NCBI GenBank assembly: GCA_014730345.1
Contig: WJIJ01000019.1
Location: forward strand, 10,809-74,808
Length of the DNA: 64,000 nt
Origin: Candidatus Zixiibacteriota bacterium
Lineage (GTDB): Bacteria > Zixibacteria > MSB-5A5 > UM-FILTER-46-8
Reading direction: 5' to 3'
Position numbers and translations under genes: made by a program. The notes under the pieces are model-generated. The model was not told the origin of the DNA and did no database searches. It saw nothing but the letters and a program-made list of their open reading frames with translations. Positions 10,491 to 20,861 of the stretch are shown one piece after another. The number at the start of each line of letters is the position of its first letter. Position 1 is the stretch's first letter.

Positions 10491-12824
10491 ATGGCTGCTG
10501 TAGGCAAGAAACATGGCTATAAAACTGGAAACCGAATCAGGGGAAAAGTAGCTAAAAACAGGCTATCAACTTTTTCCACGGGAAATCGAGATATAGTTAA
10601 TGAATTATTGAACATCCTCGACAAGCCGGCTGTTATTTTATCAACCGATAATATAATTCTGAAAGCGAACGGGATGTTTTATGAACACCTCATCCCTGCT
10701 GATTATGAAATCGAGGGCAAAAATATAGAGACATGTGTGGAGGTATATCCTGAATTCAAAAAAATATTTAAATCGATTATCAATGTTAAAGAGAATGCTT
10801 CCAGGGAAAGGATTAAGAGCGTCAATGATATTTCGATTACCAGCTTTAATAACACCGCCTCCTATAATATCAGATTGAAGAGATCAAACTTAGGTATTTC
10901 AGAGCTTCCTTTCAGTGTTTTCACATTTGATAAAATAGAATCGAAAGAGCAGGAATTCGATATTTCAGAAATTTGGGCTAAGTACCTTGACAGCGTTTTA
11001 AAGAGTTCCATTGAGTATTCGATCATCACATTAGATAAGCAATTGAAGATAACATATCTGAATCCGGCGGCGGAAAAGGTTTTTGGTCTTTCCAGGTTCG
11101 ATGTTCTGGGCAAGCCTATTAGTGAAGTTGTACCCCAGGGTTACTGCCCGGATTCAGGATGGAATTCTTTGGTTAAGGCGCTTGAAACAGGTGATGAGTA
11201 CAGCTACACAGTAGCTCCCAAAGACAAAATGTATATGTTTTACGAGATAGTAATATCCAATATCCGGGATCAGAATGGAAACAGGGTTGGGTATTCCATA
11301 TTTATAAAAGATGTCTCCCGGCATAAAAAGAATATGCAGGTTCTCCAGCAGTCATACAGTTTTATTCAGAACGTGCTGGATTCGGTACCCGCGCGAATAG
11401 CGGTTGTAAACACGGATATGAAAGTGATGATGGTCAACAAAACCTGGAGAAAATTCGCGTCCGACACCGGTTATAAAGCCACAACATTTGGAGTGGGAGA
11501 GATATATGAAGATTTCTGCGCTGGTATAGACCTTACCGACGAAAACGAATTGAAGCAGGTCGCCGATGGGATACGAAACGTGATAGCGGACGATTACAGC
11601 GAGTTCAATCATGAATATTCCTGGAGAGGCCCTGAAGGACTAAACTGGTTCGAAGTTAAGGTATGCCCATTACTTTATGAAAACCGTCAATGGGCGATTG
11701 TCATGCATACCGATATTACCGAAAGACGCATAATACAGGATAAGCTCCTGCAGTATGGTGTTTTTGTCGAAAGTATAATCGAATCACTGTCACATCCCTT
11801 TTTCGTCGTGGATATCAATGATTATAAGATCGAGATGGCTAATTCAGCTACCTGGGAGAATTTCGAGAATCAAGGTAAACGGTGTTATTCATTAATGGGT
11901 GAAAATTGGCAGCCATGTAAGAACAAAACAGATCAGTGCCCTTTAGCGTTGGTAACAAAAACGAAAAAACCGGTCAGGATTGAATATCTTCATATCGAAA
12001 GAAACGGGAAAAAAGCGTACTATGAAATAAACGGGTTCCCGGTTTTTGACAACGACGGTGAGGTTATCAGGGCCATAGTATATATTCATGATATTACCAG
12101 GCGTAAAACCTACGATGAGGAACTCAAAAGGATTTTAAAAGACCTCGAAAGATCCAACGCGGAGTTACAGCAGTTCGCGTATGTCGCGTCCCACGATTTA
12201 CAGGAACCACTGCGTATGGTGTCGAGCTATTGCCAGCTTTTATCACAGCGATATAGTGAGTTGCTGGATGAAGACGGCAGGGAATTTATAAATTACGCTA
12301 TAGATGGGGCGGCGCGGATGAAAACGTTGGTTAACGACCTCCTCCAGTATTCGAGGGTGGGGACCCATGGCGAAGAGTTCAACAAATTCGATAGTCAAAA
12401 TACGTTGAAAAAGGCGATAAAAAATCTCGAGAATTATATAAAGGAAAAGAACGCGGAAATTTACTGTGATGAGCTTCCGGAGGTAATCGGCGATGAAATA
12501 CAGATAATGCGAGTTTTCCAGAACCTCTTGAATAATGCTTTGAAGTTTCATGGGCGGGAACGGCCCAAAATACACATTAACGCTGTACTTGAAGAGAATG
12601 ATTGTATATTCCGGGTAAAAGATAACGGCATAGGAATCGCCGAACATAACAGGGAGAGAGTATTTCAAATATTCCAAAGGTTGAACGCTCAATCGGAATA
12701 CTCCGGCACGGGTATAGGGTTGGCGGTCTGTAAAAAAATTGTTGAAAGACACGGTGGAAAAATCGGCGTGGAATCGGAGTTAGGTAAGGGAAGTACCTTT
12801 TATTTCTCTCTACCATTAAATTAG
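10491..12824 (+). CDS. Cytoplasmic multi-PAS sensor histidine kinase
   Basis: 777 aa with no obvious TM segments. Several PAS-like blocks. HisKA H-box [12 protein letters not shown]. HATPase_c N/G boxes ([33 protein letters not shown]). The start codon is uncertain. Confidence 0.85.
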   Translation: MAAVGKKHGYKTGNRIRGKVAKNRLSTFSTGNRDIVNELLNILDKPAVILSTDNIILKANGMFYEHLIPADYEIEGKNIETCVEVYPEFKKIFKSIINVKENASRERIKSVNDISITSFNNTASYNIRLKRSNLGISELPFSVFTFDKIESKEQEFDISEIWAKYLDSVLKSSIEYSIITLDKQLKITYLNPAAEKVFGLSRFDVLGKPISEVVPQGYCPDSGWNSLVKALETGDEYSYTVAPKDKMYMFYEIVISNIRDQNGNRVGYSIFIKDVSRHKKNMQVLQQSYSFIQNVLDSVPARIAVVNTDMKVMMVNKTWRKFASDTGYKATTFGVGEIYEDFCAGIDLTDENELKQVADGIRNVIADDYSEFNHEYSWRGPEGLNWFEVKVCPLLYENRQWAIVMHTDITERRIIQDKLLQYGVFVESIIESLSHPFFVVDINDYKIEMANSATWENFENQGKRCYSLMGENWQPCKNKTDQCPLALVTKTKKPVRIEYLHIERNGKKAYYEINGFPVFDNDGEVIRAIVYIHDITRRKTYDEELKRILKDLERSNAELQQFAYVASHDLQEPLRMVSSYCQLLSQRYSELLDEDGREFINYAIDGAARMKTLVNDLLQYSRVGTHGEEFNKFDSQNTLKKAIKNLENYIKEKNAEIYCDELPEVIGDEIQIMRVFQNLLNNALKFHGRERPKIHINAVLEENDCIFRVKDNGIGIAEHNRERVFQIFQRLNAQSEYSGTGIGLAVCKKIVERHGGKIGVESELGKGSTFYFSLPLN

Positions 12825-12833
12825 GAGGTAATT

Positions 12834-13301
12834 ATGATAACAGATGCGGAAACTCGCCCAATAGAGATATTATTGGTTGAAGATAATCCCGGCGACGTGC
12901 GTCTGACCCAGGAGGCTCTCAAGGACAGTAAAATTTTCAACAATCTTAATATCGTAAACGATGGCGACCAGGCGATGGACTTTTTATTAAAAAAAGACAA
13001 ATACCATCAAAGCCCAACACCGGATATAATCCTGTTGGATTTGAATCTTCCAAAGAAAGACGGAAGGCAGGTGCTCGAGGAAATCAAGGCAAATCATGAT
13101 TTGATGAAAATTCCAGTGGTGATTTTAACGACATCTCACGCGGAGGAGGACATTATCAATACCTATAACCTCCATGCCAATTGCTATGTAACTAAACCCG
13201 TGGATCTAAACCAGTTCATCAAGGTTGTTAAATCGATTGAGGATTTTTGGTTCACTATAGTAAGGCTCCCGGTGGGTCATTCGACCGCCGTAGGAAGCTG
13301 A
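12834..13301 (+). CDS. Single-domain response regulator (REC only)
   Basis: 155 aa. ILLVEDNPGD ... ILLDLNLPKKDG ... K receiver motifs and no output domain. 9 nt after the kinase stop. Confidence 0.85.
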   Translation: MITDAETRPIEILLVEDNPGDVRLTQEALKDSKIFNNLNIVNDGDQAMDFLLKKDKYHQSPTPDIILLDLNLPKKDGRQVLEEIKANHDLMKIPVVILTTSHAEEDIINTYNLHANCYVTKPVDLNQFIKVVKSIEDFWFTIVRLPVGHSTAVGS

Positions 13302-13352
13302 TAGTATACAACATTTATTATAGGAACCGTTGTAAATTGGGGAGTAAGGACA

Positions 13353-15113
13353 ATGCCCGAAGCGATTGTTGATATTTTATTGATTGAAGATAATCCCGGT
13401 GATACCAGATTAATTGAAGAAATGCTCGCCGAATCCCCTGAGGTTAATTCGGGCACTTTTACCTACGAATTAACCTTCGCTGAGACGCTTGAGGAAGGAC
13501 TTCGGTTGTTGGAAAAAAATCCTATTGACATTGTACTTCTGGATCTATCTTTGCCCGATTCCCGGGGTTTAGCTACAATTATCAAGGTGAAAGAAAAGGC
13601 TCCGGATGTTCCCATTGTTGCCCTTACCGGTCTGGATGATCATATTCTCGCGGTAAAAGCACTGCAAAAAGGAGCCCAGGATTATCTCGTTAAGGGACAG
13701 GTAGACTCGGCCCTCTTAATAAGGAGCATGCGTTATGCTATCGAGCGGGAACTTATGACCAAAGACCTTGAGAGGGCGCGTAAACTGGAAAGGCATCTTG
13801 CGTATCATGATACTCTCACCAACCTTCCTAATCGTTCCCTATTCTATGACCGGCTCAACCAGGCTATCTCCTTCGCGAAAAGGTCCAATAATCGTGTCGC
13901 CGTTTTGTTCCTGGACCTGGATGGTTTTAAACGTATTAATGATTCCCTCGGGCACAGTAAAGGCGATATCCTTCTTCAGATATTCGCACAGCGGTTAAAA
14001 AGCACTATTCGCGAAAGCGATACTATCGCCCGGCTCGGCGGGGACGAATTTACCATCATTTTGGAAAACGTCCACAGTGGAAAGGACGCGGCAATGGTCG
14101 CCGAGAAAATCCTGAAGGTGCTTGCAGACCCTATCTCCGTCAGTGGATTTGAGGTCCATGTTTCGGCGAGTATAGGTATAAGCCTCTATCCCAATGACGC
14201 CCGGGATATTGAATCCCTGGTGAAAAACGCCGACCTGGCTATGTACCGGGCTAAAAACAGGGGAAAAAATAATTACCAGCTGTACAATCTTTCTATGGAC
14301 GCCCGGGCATCCGAACGGCTGGAGATTGAGAACTCATTGCGCAGGGGAATCGAGAATAATGAATTCCATATCCACTATCAACCGCAGGTGCACCTCCTTA
14401 CCGGGGAGTTAACCGGAGCTGAAGCGCTTGTTCGCTGGCGTCATCCAAAGTTAGGATTGGTTTATCCCGATTCTTTTATCCATATCGCGGAGGAGACGGG
14501 TTTGATAATACCATTGGGGCAGTGGGTTATTAACGAGGTATGCAGGCAAAATGTGCAGTGGCAGGAAAGCGGCATACCACCATTGAGGGTTTCTGTAAAC
14601 CTTTCGCCAAGGCAATTCGCGGATAAAGGTCTGGTTGAAACAATTTATGGCATACTCAATAAAACCGGTTTAAATCCTCTAACCCTTGAACTTGAGATAA
14701 CCGAAGGAAGCGCTATGGAGGATGTCGATTATACCGCGCTAACCCTGCAGGCTCTTAAGAAAATGGGGGTACGTATTTCGGTCGATGATTTTGGAACCGG
14801 ATATTCATCGATGGGTTATTTAAAAAAGTTTCCCATAGACAAACTTAAAATCGACCAGTCCTTCCTGCGTAATGTCCCCGATGACCAGGAAAACGTTGCC
14901 ATTACTACCGCTATCGTGGCATTGGCTCATAGTATGGGATTAAAAGTTGTCGCGGAAGGCGTGGAAAATGTTCACCAGGAGCGTTTTTTAAAAAACATTA
15001 AATGCGACGAAATGCAGGGTTTTCATTATTGCCGTCCGCTTGCTTTAGGCAGATTCAAAGATGTAATCAAAAACCGAAATAGAACCAGGATTTCTAACTC
15101 ACTGCAACTGTAA
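13353..15113 (+). CDS. Response regulator with GGDEF and EAL domains (c-di-GMP cyclase/phosphodiesterase)
   Basis: 586 aa. REC domain (ILLIEDNPGD...LLDLSLPD). Intact GGDEF motif (RLGGDEF) with an upstream RESD I-site-like motif. EAL domain (EALVRWRHP, ELEITE, DDFGTGYSS, QGFHYCRP). Confidence 0.9.
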   Translation: MPEAIVDILLIEDNPGDTRLIEEMLAESPEVNSGTFTYELTFAETLEEGLRLLEKNPIDIVLLDLSLPDSRGLATIIKVKEKAPDVPIVALTGLDDHILAVKALQKGAQDYLVKGQVDSALLIRSMRYAIERELMTKDLERARKLERHLAYHDTLTNLPNRSLFYDRLNQAISFAKRSNNRVAVLFLDLDGFKRINDSLGHSKGDILLQIFAQRLKSTIRESDTIARLGGDEFTIILENVHSGKDAAMVAEKILKVLADPISVSGFEVHVSASIGISLYPNDARDIESLVKNADLAMYRAKNRGKNNYQLYNLSMDARASERLEIENSLRRGIENNEFHIHYQPQVHLLTGELTGAEALVRWRHPKLGLVYPDSFIHIAEETGLIIPLGQWVINEVCRQNVQWQESGIPPLRVSVNLSPRQFADKGLVETIYGILNKTGLNPLTLELEITEGSAMEDVDYTALTLQALKKMGVRISVDDFGTGYSSMGYLKKFPIDKLKIDQSFLRNVPDDQENVAITTAIVALAHSMGLKVVAEGVENVHQERFLKNIKCDEMQGFHYCRPLALGRFKDVIKNRNRTRISNSLQL

Positions 15114-15566
15114 TTTATTATCCTGGAAATTTTTGTATCTCTCGATACATAATGATTCAACCCTGCGTGTAATCAATTGTAAATTATTATAGTACATCCG
15201 CTAACGGCGCAATAACCCTTATCATCTTTAGTTACCCTTTTTACAAAATTAATGGAATTTTGGCTCCGAATCGGCAAATTTAAGATTGACAATTATTATA
15301 AATATATTTAATTTAGTATATTCTCACCGGCGCTTATTAAGGATGATATCGTTGGTTTTGATCTTTTCAACAGGCCAGAACTTGTATTGATTCCGGGTTT
15401 AAAAATGGGGATGTTACCGGTGATGAGTTTACTGGAGTTTTGGTATACTCTAATATAAAGTTGATTTTTTGATTTTAAATCCTATTTGAGGGATTTTCTT
15501 CGACCTTTTTCTGATGTTTGGCAGTTTACTAATTATCGGCACCTTTTCGGAAAGCACGGAGGATTT

Positions 15567-18500
15567 ATGCGTAAGAGCATTCACCGCCTTCTAAAATACA
15601 CTAATTTCCTGATTACAATTATAACAATAGTTGTTGGTGGCTTCAGCGTAGATGTTGCCTCTGGCCGGCTGGCTGAAAACTTCTATTCCGGTGTACCTCT
15701 ACCGGGTGAATGCCTCGTGCAGTTTAGCGGCGATATTAATAAAACCGAGGCTATAAGCGCGTTGAATCGAAATAGTATACGGTTTAGATCCATGATTTTT
15801 GACCGCTACGCCAACCGTGCCCTTGTCAGCTATGATCCTGAAAGCGCTTCCGTGATTGAGGGAATTACTGATGGAAAAGCGAAAATATCCGGAATAAAGT
15901 ATGTTAGTCCAGCTTATGGCGATGAGAAATGCCGTGAATTTCTTATCGATGAGATCGCGGTCGTGTTGGAATCACCCGCGGGCATCGACAGGATTGAAAG
16001 CTGGTGTTCATTGAATGGTTGTTCAGTTATAAGAATTCGCCAGTGGTACGATTACACGGGCGTTTTGATCCGGGTGGATAATTTTTCAGAGGAGCGCTTA
16101 AGCACGGCATGCTCCGAATTAGCAGGTTTTGAAGAAAGTTATCTGGTTCAGCCCAATGTTTTAAAATTCTCCGATCCTGCATCGGTGAACCCTGATGATA
16201 CTTATTTCGATGACCAATGGGCGCTGAAAAATACCGGAATGAACGGATGGCTCGAGGATGCTGATATTGACGCGCCTGAAGGGTGGGAGTTGGCCCGGGG
16301 CAGTTCGGAAATAATTATCGCGGTGCTGGATATGGGAGTTGATGTCGAACACGAGGAATTTATCGATAAGATAGTTGCTCCGTACAACGCGGTTGACGGT
16401 ACGGATGAGCAAACCCCAAATGATTGGGACGCTCACGGCACATGCTGTGCCGGTATTGCCGCGGCCCGGACCGATAACAATAAAGGGATAGCCGGCGTAA
16501 ACTGGAACGCGCAAATTATGCCGATTAAGATCGGCTATACGCCTGAACCCGGGGGGCAGAGGATGGTTACTGATTACTGGGCATCCGATGGAATCCTGAC
16601 CGCCGCACAGAGGGGAGCGGATGTATTGAGTAATAGCTGGTATACAACGCCGTCGGACCTGATCGATCTGGCGTTCTATACAGTTTACCAGACCGGCCGC
16701 GATGGCAGGGGTTGCATTTCGGTTGCCGCCGCGGGGAATTTTAATTCCGATTTAGTCTATCCGGCAAGCTTGCCTGAAACTTTCGCCGTGGGCGCTACCA
16801 GCCCCTGCGATGAACGCAAGAGCCCTACTTCCTGCGATGGTGAAACATGGTGGGGAAGCAATTATGGCCAGGGACTCGACGTTATGGCCCCGGGATGTTA
16901 TATATGGACAACTGACATAACCGGAGGCGGCGGTTCCAATCCGGGAAATCCGGCTTATGGAGATCCGCTGGGGGATTACGTATCACGCTTCAGGGGCACA
17001 TCGTCGGCCACTCCCCAGGTTGCCGGTTTGGCGGCTATTATTTTATCTATCGATCCGGAGATGACCGCTTTTGAAGTACAGCAACTAATAATCGACAATA
17101 CCGATGATCTTGGGCCGCAGGGTTGGGATGAAGAATTTGGGTATGGAAGAATCAATATTTTCAAAACCATTTCAGCAATGGACAGGGTTATACGGGTAGA
17201 TGGAAATATACGCGAGGATCAAGTTTGGAAGCATGGAAATGTATACCTTGTTGAAAATTCTGTAAATATTGAGTCGGATGTTACCATTACTATAGAGGGG
17301 GGAACAGTTGTCAAGTTCAATCCCGAAGAGAGCATGGAGGTTAATGGGATTCTCAGGCTCGAGGGCACAGCCGGATACCCGGTTGTATTTACATCCTATC
17401 GCGACGATGAATATGGGGGGGACACGAATGGCGACGGTCCATCGAACGGGCAGATGTGCGATTGGGGCAAGATAACCATTAATAATCCGGCGAGTGAATT
17501 TCATGATGTAATTATGAGATATGCTGGTCATGACTGGGTTCCACTTCCTTATGACCGTTCACTGGAAACCGTGGCGCTCTATGATGGAATCCAGGATTGT
17601 ACATTTCAATATTGCGGAGGCAACAGCAGGGGAGTAATAGATATAAATGAGAGCGAAGATTTTCAATTTATTATTTCTGATTTGACATTCGAGAATTGTG
17701 ATTATTGGGCGATAAATTATAATGCCAGCCCCACGATTCCGCCCCATTTAGTAAATGTGGATGTTTCGGGGGCGCAGGGGATTTATATGCGCTATGAACA
17801 AAACGGTTCCCCGGTTATAGCCTATTGCGTTGTTTCCGATTTTAATTCTGGCGATGGAATCTATTATTACGGCGGCTACAGCTATGTTTCCCATCCGCAG
17901 ATATTTAACAACCGCGTAGACGGCGGTTCATACTCAACAGGGATTACTGTTTGGTCCGGCGGAGATCAGTCATCCATTAGATTCAATGAGATTATCAATA
18001 ACCAGGATGGGATAAGGCTGGAGAATTATTCGGGAGAAGTATACTCCAACAACATAGAAGGAAATAGCGGTTATGGCCTGATAAATAATTCAGGGATTAT
18101 AACCATAGACGCGGACAGCAACTGGTGGGGCGCGCCCGACGGACCCTCGGGAGGAGGCAGTGGATCGGGGGATGCTATCTCTGGAAATATAGCTTATCAG
18201 CCATACCTTACTGAACCTGCTTCATTTTACGGCCCCCCGGATATTGTCGTCAACCACGACGCTTTCCATGTTGACATGCATCCGGCCGAAATTATCGCTA
18301 AACAGTTCCGGATTACAAATCGCGGGCAAAGTGAACTCGTATACGATGTATACGAAATAGACAGTATTCCTGGTATGAACATGAATGATATCGATATACA
18401 AACTTTAAACAACCCCCTTTCGGATGATTATAAGAGGATTGCCGGTTATATAGTCGACCATGATAACCGTGATGATGTAAGTTGGCTGGAGCCCGTGCCC

Positions 18501-19367
18501 GTCTCCGGAGCGTTGGATACTGGTCAAACAAAGGACATTATGGTGAATTTCTATAGCGGTGAAATGGTTCCTGACAGGTATTCATGCCTGCTTTCTGTTG
18601 TCTCCAATGATCCGGCGAGGCCGGTTTACAATCTCCCCGTATATCTCAATGTGGAACAGCCAGTGGAGTTTTCGGTTATAATGCTCCCGGACGATCCACC
18701 GGCACATGTACCCCACACAGGCGGTGAGTTCGGTTACACGGGCACCTTGAGAAATAATACCGGCCAGTATCAAACCCTTGATTTGTGGTTAACGGTGCAG
18801 ACTCCAGTGGGCGAGGTCCTGGGGCCATTTTATAAAGTTGATAACATACGGATGGCTCCTTATGAAACAATGGTTGCCGCTAATTTATCCAAATATGTGC
18901 CGGGAGATATGATGGCTGGCGACTACATCTTCAGCGCTATCGGCGGTGATTACCCTGACAAAACCGACTCTTGCAGCTTCATCGTTACCAAGGATAATTT
19001 CCGGGGCAATAAAGACGATGGCAATGAGAAAATCTCGTATAGCGGTGAAGCAGTTTTCATTGGCGAGCCGTGGTTTAGAAACAGCGGCGATGAAAACCTG
19101 CCCCTTGTTTTATCACTCGGTAATAATTATCCAAATCCTTTTAACGCGGCCACTTCGATTTCCTACGAACTGCCGTACCCGGCAGATGTCCGCCTTGAGG
19201 TCTATAACCTGATGGGGCAAAGGGTTACGAGGTTGGCTGGCGGTTACCATAAAGCCGGGCGTTATAGTGTTAACTGGGACGCGTCCGATTATTCCAGCGG
19301 GGTCTATTTCTACAGGCTGACCGCGGGCGATGCGACTATAGTTAAGCGGATGACGCTATTGAAGTAA
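15567..19367 (+). CDS. Secreted subtilisin-like serine protease (S8) with I9-like propeptide, parallel beta-helix region and T9SS type-A C-terminal sorting domain
   Basis: The ATG at 15567 gives a signal/anchor peptide MRKSIHRLLKYTNFLITIITIVVGG; the track ORF begins at an upstream TTG at 15486. S8 triad blocks are present (AVLDMGVD, HGTCCAGIAAA, GTSSATPQVAGLAAI). The central region carries repetitive beta-helix-like segments. The C-terminus NYPNPFNAATSISYELP...GVYFYRL...KRMTLLK matches the Por_Secre_tail family. Confidence 0.88.
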   Translation: MRKSIHRLLKYTNFLITIITIVVGGFSVDVASGRLAENFYSGVPLPGECLVQFSGDINKTEAISALNRNSIRFRSMIFDRYANRALVSYDPESASVIEGITDGKAKISGIKYVSPAYGDEKCREFLIDEIAVVLESPAGIDRIESWCSLNGCSVIRIRQWYDYTGVLIRVDNFSEERLSTACSELAGFEESYLVQPNVLKFSDPASVNPDDTYFDDQWALKNTGMNGWLEDADIDAPEGWELARGSSEIIIAVLDMGVDVEHEEFIDKIVAPYNAVDGTDEQTPNDWDAHGTCCAGIAAARTDNNKGIAGVNWNAQIMPIKIGYTPEPGGQRMVTDYWASDGILTAAQRGADVLSNSWYTTPSDLIDLAFYTVYQTGRDGRGCISVAAAGNFNSDLVYPASLPETFAVGATSPCDERKSPTSCDGETWWGSNYGQGLDVMAPGCYIWTTDITGGGGSNPGNPAYGDPLGDYVSRFRGTSSATPQVAGLAAIILSIDPEMTAFEVQQLIIDNTDDLGPQGWDEEFGYGRINIFKTISAMDRVIRVDGNIREDQVWKHGNVYLVENSVNIESDVTITIEGGTVVKFNPEESMEVNGILRLEGTAGYPVVFTSYRDDEYGGDTNGDGPSNGQMCDWGKITINNPASEFHDVIMRYAGHDWVPLPYDRSLETVALYDGIQDCTFQYCGGNSRGVIDINESEDFQFIISDLTFENCDYWAINYNASPTIPPHLVNVDVSGAQGIYMRYEQNGSPVIAYCVVSDFNSGDGIYYYGGYSYVSHPQIFNNRVDGGSYSTGITVWSGGDQSSIRFNEIINNQDGIRLENYSGEVYSNNIEGNSGYGLINNSGIITIDADSNWWGAPDGPSGGGSGSGDAISGNIAYQPYLTEPASFYGPPDIVVNHDAFHVDMHPAEIIAKQFRITNRGQSELVYDVYEIDSIPGMNMNDIDIQTLNNPLSDDYKRIAGYIVDHDNRDDVSWLEPVPVSGALDTGQTKDIMVNFYSGEMVPDRYSCLLSVVSNDPARPVYNLPVYLNVEQPVEFSVIMLPDDPPAHVPHTGGEFGYTGTLRNNTGQYQTLDLWLTVQTPVGEVLGPFYKVDNIRMAPYETMVAANLSKYVPGDMMAGDYIFSAIGGDYPDKTDSCSFIVTKDNFRGNKDDGNEKISYSGEAVFIGEPWFRNSGDENLPLVLSLGNNYPNPFNAATSISYELPYPADVRLEVYNLMGQRVTRLAGGYHKAGRYSVNWDASDYSSGVYFYRLTAGDATIVKRMTLLK

Positions 19368-19772
19368 TCCGAATTCAGAATCCGTTGTTCGGGGATTAAT
19401 GGGGCGAAATATAGTTTCATGTCTACTAAAATTAGGCTTGACATCGAGCATGTAATTTGTAATTTATTTAGATTGTTTTAATGCCGCTGTAGAAAAGGTT
19501 TTGCCGCGATATTCGGATTTCGCCGCAGGGCTTATGCCGTTTAACTGTATATAATATAATCCGCGTTTCGATATCGGAATTTTGATAGTAATTAACAGAT
19601 CCAAACAAAGGGAAAACGGCTGATACGGCGGTTAAGCAGGTGGTGGTTTACCCGATATTAATCTGGCCACTGTTTTCTCTGACGCTTATGGAGAAGCGCA
19701 TACTCAGGGCTGTTGGCAAGGATGAAGAATAAGTAATTGCGCCGAATTAATCTAAGCCCTGCTGATCTAACC

Positions 19773-20861
19773 ATGAAGAATTGGAAACTACTTAAAACCA
19801 TCCCGGTTTTTATACTTGCCTTCTTATCAATACTTGTTTCTATCCAATTCGGGGGTTGCGGCAATCAAAGCATCAGTACTATTAAAAAGTACATAAAACA
19901 GGATAATTTCCAGGGAGCGAAATCTGAGTTAACCGAGCTTCTAAAGCGCGACCCGGTGAATAACGAAGCGCTGTTTCTCATGGGCAAGACCTGCGCCCAA
20001 TTGAAGGAATTCCGGTGTATGAATGAAAATTTCTCGCGGTCGTTGGAAATAGGCGACAGGTTCAGCAGGAAGATAGAGTACATAAAACTGGATAATTGGG
20101 CTTATTATTTTAATATGGCGATGGCATCGTATAGAATTCATGATTATGACAAGGCAATCACATTCGGTGAGTACGCGCTGGCTATAGCCGACACGGCGTA
20201 TGCTCATTTTTATTATCCTGATTTTGAAAATGTTACGCGAATGCAACTGGTTATGGGAGAATCATTCCGGGAGCTGGGGAGAATCGAGGATGCCAACAGG
20301 TATTACCGGTTGTGCCTGGGAAATAATCCGGACCAATTGCTCTGTTTAAACAGGCTGGCGGATTATTATTATTACAAAACGGCTTATGACAGCGCGTTGA
20401 TATTTTACCAGCGCATCGGCAGGATACGTCCTTATGATGAAAACGCTGCGGTACGGGCGGTTAAGTGTGTTGAAAATATTGATGGAGTGGAGGCCGCGAT
20501 CGAGATGGCTAACAGCAAGCTTTCCTCATCATCGAGAAGCGCGATATTAACGCGTTATATAGTTAATCTATACCTCCGGGAAGGAAATTTCAACGGTGCG
20601 GAATTCTGGCTGGAGAATGGTTATGTCGGAGAAAAGGATTATGATTATTACTTCATGCTGGGTCAGTGTAAATACAACCTTATGGATTTTGATAGCGCGA
20701 AGCAGTTGTTTGAAAAAGCTGTGGGTTTATCGCCCACTGGAAAAGAGGCGTGGGAATACCTCCAGATAATCTATGGCAATATTGGAGATATCGAAAAATA
20801 TGAATATGCACGGAGCCGGGTTAATTCTCTTCCGGGAAATGAGGATCAGTTAAAGGACTAA
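19773..20861 (+). CDS. TPR-repeat lipoprotein
   Basis: Start chosen at MKNWKLLKTIPVFILAFLSILVSIQFGGCG (lipobox-like FGGC). Multiple TPR-like helical repeats. Its stop overlaps the start of the next gene (TAATG). Confidence 0.6.
   Translation: MKNWKLLKTIPVFILAFLSILVSIQFGGCGNQSISTIKKYIKQDNFQGAKSELTELLKRDPVNNEALFLMGKTCAQLKEFRCMNENFSRSLEIGDRFSRKIEYIKLDNWAYYFNMAMASYRIHDYDKAITFGEYALAIADTAYAHFYYPDFENVTRMQLVMGESFRELGRIEDANRYYRLCLGNNPDQLLCLNRLADYYYYKTAYDSALIFYQRIGRIRPYDENAAVRAVKCVENIDGVEAAIEMANSKLSSSSRSAILTRYIVNLYLREGNFNGAEFWLENGYVGEKDYDYYFMLGQCKYNLMDFDSAKQLFEKAVGLSPTGKEAWEYLQIIYGNIGDIEKYEYARSRVNSLPGNEDQLKD

Noticed and set aside
12243-12752. 169-aa minus-strand ORF within the histidine kinase HATPase region
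   Set aside because: Shadow ORF opposite conserved kinase motifs. No independent evidence.
15486-15566. N-terminal extension of the big S8 protease ORF in the six-frame track (MRDFLRPF...)
   Set aside because: That ORF begins at a TTG with no RBS. The ATG at 15567 gives a proper hydrophobic signal/anchor sequence, so the extension is probably untranslated leader.
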